Source: Escherichia phage vB_EcoM_JNE01
Strand: one strand, 5' to 3'
Sequence record: OR670491
DNA: 64,000 bases
The stretch's first letter is position 1, and each line of letters opens with the position of its first letter. The notes under the pieces were generated by a model. That model did not search any database, had not been told where the DNA came from, and was given only the letters and a program-made list of their open reading frames with translations. The position numbers and the translations under genes are program-made. Positions 59,473 to 64,000 of this stretch are shown one piece after another.

Positions 59473-59700
59473 ATGTTAAAGGACATCTTTGAATCTAGCA
59501 GTGATTCTATGTACGACCCTGAAGATGATCAGAACGTTTATAAAATTACTGATTCTCGTAAACCAAAATTAACATTACAAGTACTGAACAATTTAAGAAA
59601 GTACCGTGAGTTTAAGGCACATGAAGAACAACGACGCAAAGCAGTTGTTGCAGTTGTTTATGCCCCAGCACCCGCTGGAGATGGTTCTGGATTAATGTAA
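59473..59700 (+). CDS. small prohead core-like protein (gp67 position), 75 aa
   Basis: Position between portal and protease as T4 gene 67; AAAGGAGA RBS. Confidence 0.4.
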   Translation: MLKDIFESSSDSMYDPEDDQNVYKITDSRKPKLTLQVLNNLRKYREFKAHEEQRRKAVVAVVYAPAPAGDGSGLM

Positions 59701-59749
59701 ACAAAAATCGCACTTTTTAAAGCGTTTAAAAATGGCGAAATTTTTCAGT

Positions 59750-59758
59750 ACTAAATAA
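59750..59758 (+). promoter_or_regulatory. putative late promoter (CTAAATA) with conserved leader
   Basis: CTAAATAATATCATACT...ACGAATATAA... block nearly identical to the leader upstream of the major capsid gene. Confidence 0.5.
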
Positions 59759-59800
59759 TATCATACTTTATACGAATATAATATATCTATGGAGGATATA

Positions 59801-60643
59801 ATGGCGAATTTAAAACTACTACAAGAAGCAATTGAAGCTTTCGCAAACGGCGAGCAAGATGTTGCAGATAAAAAAATGCGTAAGTACTTTGTTGAGCAAG
59901 CTCAAGAAATTAACAAAGAACTAGAAGAAAGCATGGAAGACGAAGAAGAAATTGAAGTCAAGGATGAAGAAAAACTTGATGAAGATTTCGATGTACAACC
60001 TGATGCTGGCCTAAACTCTGAAATCGAATTCGCTCTAGGTGAAGAAGATGAAAGTGCCGAAGCTGAAGTCGAAGAATTTGGTTCTGAAGACGATGGCGAA
60101 GTTGAAGTTGGTGCTGAAGAAGAAGTTGAAGGTGATGCTGGTGTTCCTTCCGAAGATCAATGGGAATCCATTCAAGATGCTTTCCGTGGCCTACAAGACA
60201 TGTTTGATGAAATCGGTGGCGATGTAGACGTTGACCTAGACTCTGAAGAAGAAGTTGAAGGTGATGTTGAAGAATTTGGTGCTGATGGTGAAGAAGCAGA
60301 AGACGAATTTAGTGATGTTCAATTCGGTGATGAAAAAGTTGGTGAATCTTTCAAACTAAAACCAGTAGCTGGTGTTGATAAGAAAGAAAAAGCTGGTGCT
60401 AACACCAAGTCCCCAGTGGCTGGTCAAGCAAAATCTCCAGTAGCTGGCGTAGAACCAGTTAAATTCGCTAAAGCAACCGAAACTCAAGTTGATGACGATT
60501 TCGAAACCGCTGACACCCTATCTGCTAAGAAAGAAGATATGGCTAAAAATGCTCGTGGTGAAATGAAAGACGTTAAAGCACCTAAAGTTGCCGCTGCTGC
60601 GAAAAGTCGCTCAGTACTACCAAAATCTCAACCAAAAATCTAA
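59801..60643 (+). CDS. highly acidic prohead core / scaffold-associated protein (gp68 position), 280 aa
   Basis: Start at MANLK after GGAGGA; Asp/Glu-rich with internal repeats (EEVEGD, KSPVAG); between gp67-position gene and protease. Confidence 0.5.
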   Translation: MANLKLLQEAIEAFANGEQDVADKKMRKYFVEQAQEINKELEESMEDEEEIEVKDEEKLDEDFDVQPDAGLNSEIEFALGEEDESAEAEVEEFGSEDDGEVEVGAEEEVEGDAGVPSEDQWESIQDAFRGLQDMFDEIGGDVDVDLDSEEEVEGDVEEFGADGEEAEDEFSDVQFGDEKVGESFKLKPVAGVDKKEKAGANTKSPVAGQAKSPVAGVEPVKFAKATETQVDDDFETADTLSAKKEDMAKNARGEMKDVKAPKVAAAAKSRSVLPKSQPKI

Positions 60644-60644
60644 C

Positions 60645-60653
60645 AATAAATAA
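60645..60653 (+). promoter_or_regulatory. putative late promoter (AATAAATA)
   Basis: CAATAAATAAAAG about 22 nt upstream of ATG 60675, then GAAGGAGA RBS. Confidence 0.4.
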
Positions 60654-60674
60654 AAGAAAGAAGGAGATCATTAT

Positions 60675-61295
60675 ATGAGTATGATTCGTGAATGGTCTTC
60701 ATTCAATGATTCTAATATTGTTCTGGAACATCGTGATAACGGATTTGGCGGTCGTGATTGCTACCTACGTGGTATTGCAATTCAGGCCGACCAAAGAAAC
60801 TTGAACGAGAGAATTTACCCTTTATCTGAAATTACGAAGGCCGTAAATAATATGGGTCAACGTTTAGCTAAAGGGGAAAGCATTCTAGTAGAATGTGACC
60901 ATCCAGAAACATTAACCATTAACCTAGACCGTGTAGCTGCAATGATTACCAAAGTCTGGATGGAAGGTGCTAATGGTATGGCAGAAATCAAATTGCTTGA
61001 TACTGCTCATGGTCAAAATATTCGTAAAATGCTAGAGGCTGGCGTAAAACTTGGTGTCAGTTCACGCGGTTCCGGTAACGTAGATTATAATGGAATAGTT
61101 TCTGATTTTGAAATTATCACTATCGATATTGTTGCTCAACCTAGTGCTCCAGAGGCATACCCAACTGCGGTATTTGAATCTCTAATGAGCAAGTACGGAT
61201 CACCTTGTAATAGTCCTAAAAAAATCAATGAATCTAAAACAGTAAATAATGTAGATTCTGAAATTTACGATTTTTTCAAGAAATTAAAAGGTTAA
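60675..61295 (+). CDS. 21: prohead core protease (gp21-like)
   Basis: ERIYP, GVSSRGSG and IDIVAQPSAPEAY parallel T4 gp21 KRIYP, GVSSRGLG, IDLVSMPSAPDAY. Confidence 0.85.
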   Translation: MSMIREWSSFNDSNIVLEHRDNGFGGRDCYLRGIAIQADQRNLNERIYPLSEITKAVNNMGQRLAKGESILVECDHPETLTINLDRVAAMITKVWMEGANGMAEIKLLDTAHGQNIRKMLEAGVKLGVSSRGSGNVDYNGIVSDFEIITIDIVAQPSAPEAYPTAVFESLMSKYGSPCNSPKKINESKTVNNVDSEIYDFFKKLKG

Positions 61296-61305
61296 CATTT
61301 TAAAA

Positions 61306-61315
61306 ATATAAATAT
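61306..61315 (+). promoter_or_regulatory. late promoter, perfect TATAAATA, overlapping an inverted repeat
   Basis: AAATATAAATATCTGTA; 9-bp inverted repeat ATATCTGTA/TACAGATAT begins inside the promoter. Confidence 0.55.
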
Positions 61316-61362
61316 CTGTATGTTGAAGTACAGATATTTCAGTACTTAAAGGAGAGAACAGG

Positions 61363-62478
61363 ATGTCTAAATTAGAAAAGCTTCTAAAAGAATCATCACT
61401 TTCTGATGAGGCAAAACAGCTAATTCAGGAAGCATGGAATGAAGAAAAGAATACACTTGCCGCAGAAATGCGTGAAGAAATGAAAGGTCGATACAAACAA
61501 GATTTGTCCGAGCTAACCGAAGGTCTAAATACTATGGTTACTCAAGTTATCGCTGAAGAAATGGGTGCAGTATATGATGAGAAAAAACGTCTTGTAGAAG
61601 ACCGTGTAACTCTTCGTAAAACCCTAGGTAATTTCTCTCAGTTCGCAAACTCTGTATTGGCTGAAGAAGTCAAACAACTACGTAAAGAACGTAAACATCT
61701 AAGAGAAAGTATGAGCAAATTTGTTAATTTCTCAAACGGTATCTTAGCTGAAGAACTAAAAGAATTCCACGTGGAAAAACGTCAACTAGTAGAAACTCGC
61801 GTTAAACTACTTGCTGAAGGTTCCCGTCAAATTGCTGAAGCACGTAACAACTTCATCAAACGTACCTCTGAAAGTGCTGCTAAATACATTGCAGAAACAA
61901 CTCAGAAGAACCTATACGCTTTGAAACAAGATCTTGTTGAAGCAAAACAAAATATGTTTGGTCGTAAAATTTTCGAAGCATTTGCTCAAGAATTCCATAT
62001 CAAACAATTTAACGAGAATTCACTTCTACGTTCCCTAACTGAATCAGTTAAGTCTAAAGAAGACGAAATTGCTCAAGTTAAATCTGAACTAAATGAATCT
62101 GTTGCTGCTGTTAAAGCTGCGAAAACCAAACTCCGTATTATGGAAGATACTCAAACCCGTAATGCAATTATGTCCGAGTTGGTGAAGCCACTAAATACTC
62201 AGCAAAAACAAATTATGGAATCCCTTCTAGCTACTTCTCCTACAGAAAAGCTTAAAGACGATTTCAGCAAGTACCATAAGTCAGTACTTAACGGTACTAA
62301 AGTAAATGAATCTGCTACCTCTCGTCAAGCAGTTCAGTCTTCAGCTAAGAAAACTCTTGCCGAAGGTAAAGTAATCACTGGCAACCGTCAGGCTATTGTT
62401 GAAAGCGAAGAAATGACCGCTGACGATATGGCATTCCTAAAAGAACTCGATGTTCTTTCTGGTATCAATAAAAAATAA
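61363..62478 (+). CDS. prohead scaffolding protein (gp22 position), 371 aa
   Basis: Lys/Glu-rich coiled-coil-type sequence between protease and major capsid genes; AAAGGAGAG RBS. Confidence 0.6.
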   Translation: MSKLEKLLKESSLSDEAKQLIQEAWNEEKNTLAAEMREEMKGRYKQDLSELTEGLNTMVTQVIAEEMGAVYDEKKRLVEDRVTLRKTLGNFSQFANSVLAEEVKQLRKERKHLRESMSKFVNFSNGILAEELKEFHVEKRQLVETRVKLLAEGSRQIAEARNNFIKRTSESAAKYIAETTQKNLYALKQDLVEAKQNMFGRKIFEAFAQEFHIKQFNENSLLRSLTESVKSKEDEIAQVKSELNESVAAVKAAKTKLRIMEDTQTRNAIMSELVKPLNTQQKQIMESLLATSPTEKLKDDFSKYHKSVLNGTKVNESATSRQAVQSSAKKTLAEGKVITGNRQAIVESEEMTADDMAFLKELDVLSGINKK

Positions 62479-62515
62479 ACATTTTAAAGCATTTTAATAA
62501 TCAATCTTTTCAGTT

Positions 62516-62525
62516 CTATAAATAA
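62516..62525 (+). promoter_or_regulatory. late promoter, perfect TATAAATA, for major capsid gene
   Basis: TTCTATAAATAATATCATACT... about 45 nt upstream of ATG 62570; AAGGAGAT RBS. Confidence 0.6.
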
Positions 62526-62569
62526 TATCATACTGAAAAACGAATATAACATCTTTAAGGAGATATACA

Positions 62570-63745
62570 ATGTCACAACTACTAAATGAATCCAAATGGG
62601 TAGCAGTTAAAGAGAAACTAGTTGAAGGTCTACAAGGTACTCGTAAGTCCGTAATGGAAACCGTACTTGATAACCATCGTAAACTAATGCTTAACGAATC
62701 TGCTACTTCTGGTGCAACCACCGCTGGTAACATCGCTACTCTAAACAAAGTGATTCTACCAATTATGCGTCGTGTAATGCCTACCGTAATCGCTAACGAA
62801 ATCATCGGTGTTCAGCCAATGACTGGCCCAGTTGGTCAGATCCACACCCTACGTGTTCAATATGCTGACAACGCTCCTGGTGTTATCGCTGGTGAAGAAA
62901 TGCTTTCTCCATACAAAATCGCTAAAGCGTATTCTGGTGAACTAAACGCTGACAACAGCAACCCACAAGCTGCTCCTACTAGCCAACTAGAAGGTACTAT
63001 GGGTCGTCGCGTTAACATCCGTATCCTACGTGAAACTGTTGAAGCGAAATCTCGTCGTCTATCTGCACGTTGGACTGTTGAATCTGCACAAGATGCTCAA
63101 TCCCAACATGGTATCGATGTTGAAGCTGAACTAATGGCTGCTATCGCTCAAGAAGTTACCGTTGAAATCGACCAAGAGCTACTAAGCCGTCTACGTGCAC
63201 TACCTGGTGCTGCTGCTGTAACTTATGACCAATCTAAAGTTACTGGTGTTGCTACCTTCGTTGGTGACGAACACGCCGCTCTAGCTACTCTAATCAACCG
63301 TCAAGCGAACGAAGTTGCTCGTCGTACCAAACGTGGTGCTGCGAACTGGGCTGTTGTTTCTCCAACCGCTCTAACCATTCTACAGTCTGCAACTACTTCT
63401 AGTTTTGCACGTACTACTGAAGGTACTTTCGAAGCTCCAACTAACGTTAAATTTGTTGGTACTCTAAACAGTACTATGCGTATTTTTGTAGACACTTACG
63501 CCAGCGATGTCGAGGACATTTTGATTGGTTATAAAGGTAATGCAGAAACTGATGCTGGTGTATTCTACTGCCCATACATCCCACTAATGGCATCTGGTAC
63601 TGTAATGGACCCTAACACTGGAGAACTCGTTACGACCTTCTTGACACGTTATGGTTACGTTCAACTAACTGACTCAACCAGTTCTTTAGGTAATGCTGCG
63701 GATTACTACAGCAAAATCGCTATCAAAAACGTTACTTTCATGTAA
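62570..63745 (+). CDS. 23: major capsid protein (gp23-like), 391 aa
   Basis: IANEIIGVQPMTGPVGQIHTLRV, VEAKSRRLSARWTVESAQDAQSQHGIDVEAEL and VFYCPYIPLM parallel T4 gp23 IAFDICGVQPMNSPTGQVFALRA, IEAKSRQLKAAYSIELAQDLRAVHGMDADAEL, IYYAPYVAL. Confidence 0.85.
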   Translation: MSQLLNESKWVAVKEKLVEGLQGTRKSVMETVLDNHRKLMLNESATSGATTAGNIATLNKVILPIMRRVMPTVIANEIIGVQPMTGPVGQIHTLRVQYADNAPGVIAGEEMLSPYKIAKAYSGELNADNSNPQAAPTSQLEGTMGRRVNIRILRETVEAKSRRLSARWTVESAQDAQSQHGIDVEAELMAAIAQEVTVEIDQELLSRLRALPGAAAVTYDQSKVTGVATFVGDEHAALATLINRQANEVARRTKRGAANWAVVSPTALTILQSATTSSFARTTEGTFEAPTNVKFVGTLNSTMRIFVDTYASDVEDILIGYKGNAETDAGVFYCPYIPLMASGTVMDPNTGELVTTFLTRYGYVQLTDSTSSLGNAADYYSKIAIKNVTFM

Positions 63746-63785
63746 TTGTAAACGATTTAAAAGATTTAATCAAGAATTTAAAAAC

Positions 63786-63815
63786 AATAGGGACTCTTCG
63801 GAGTCCCTTTTCTTT
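63786..63815 (+). terminator. intrinsic terminator after major capsid gene
   Basis: GGGACTC-ttcg-GAGTCCC hairpin followed by TTTTCTTTTG. Confidence 0.7.
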
Positions 63816-63889
63816 TGTAAATACACTTGCACTACATACGTAATCGTGATATTATATTTTTATGGTAAACACAAGGATTTTCTTAAATT

Positions 63890-64000
63890 ATGGCTAGTAA
63901 ATTTAATGAACAATATTATGTTGATAAAATTGAAGGTATCATCAAACGTAATAACTTGAACATGAAATTCATAAAAATCATAAACTTCAAAAATGCTAAA
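63890..64000 (+). CDS. hypothetical protein, 5' fragment (continues beyond window)
   Basis: ATG at about 63890 opens a frame (MASKFNEQYYVDKIEGIIKRNNL...) that runs to the window edge; weak AAGGA-like RBS. Confidence 0.3.
   Translation, partial: MASKFNEQYYVDKIEGIIKRNNLNMKFIKIINFKNAK

Noticed and set aside
63693-63959. 88-aa ORF overlapping the end of the major capsid gene
   Set aside because: Overlaps the capsid gene and its terminator in another frame; the partial gene after the terminator starts near 63890 in a different frame

Overview
This window is a dense, almost entirely coding segment of a T4-like (distant, possibly jumbo) myovirus genome with low GC and strong AGGAG-type ribosome binding sites. 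Calls rest on manual translation and motif recall; no searches were run, and motif coordinates derived by hand may be off by 1-2 nt. Left to right: the 3' end of thymidylate synthase; a minus-strand adhesin module (a 654-aa fiber, two paralogous giant fibers of 2120 and 1628 aa with tandem ~510-bp repeats, a fiber/spike protein, a pectate-lyase-type tailspike that is frameshifted, a collagen-like fiber); three plus-strand late genes; Nudix hydrolase; gp15-like and neck-like proteins; an isolated full-length ClpA-type unfoldase on the plus strand; a minus-strand baseplate module (3336-aa giant protein, gp6-like, a free-standing homing endonuclease, gp25-like, stand-alone lysozyme, gp5-like hub-lysozyme, gp27-like, gp53-like); gp55 late sigma factor, gp47 and gp46; an Endo VII-like gene; a ~0.8-kb ORF-free island with its own promoter and terminator; then a head module (tape-measure-like protein, gp20 portal, core proteins, gp21 protease, scaffold, gp23-like major capsid protein). 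Regulation is legible: TATAAATA/ATAAATA/CTAAATA late-promoter motifs 20-55 nt upstream of most structural genes, a few sigma70/extended -10 early promoters, and a recurring GC-hairpin plus T-tract terminator family. The most unusual items are the phage-borne ClpA, the ORF-free promoter-terminator island, the homing endonuclease inside the baseplate operon, the duplicated lysozyme with a rearranged gp5-like hub, and the frameshifted depolymerase tailspike.
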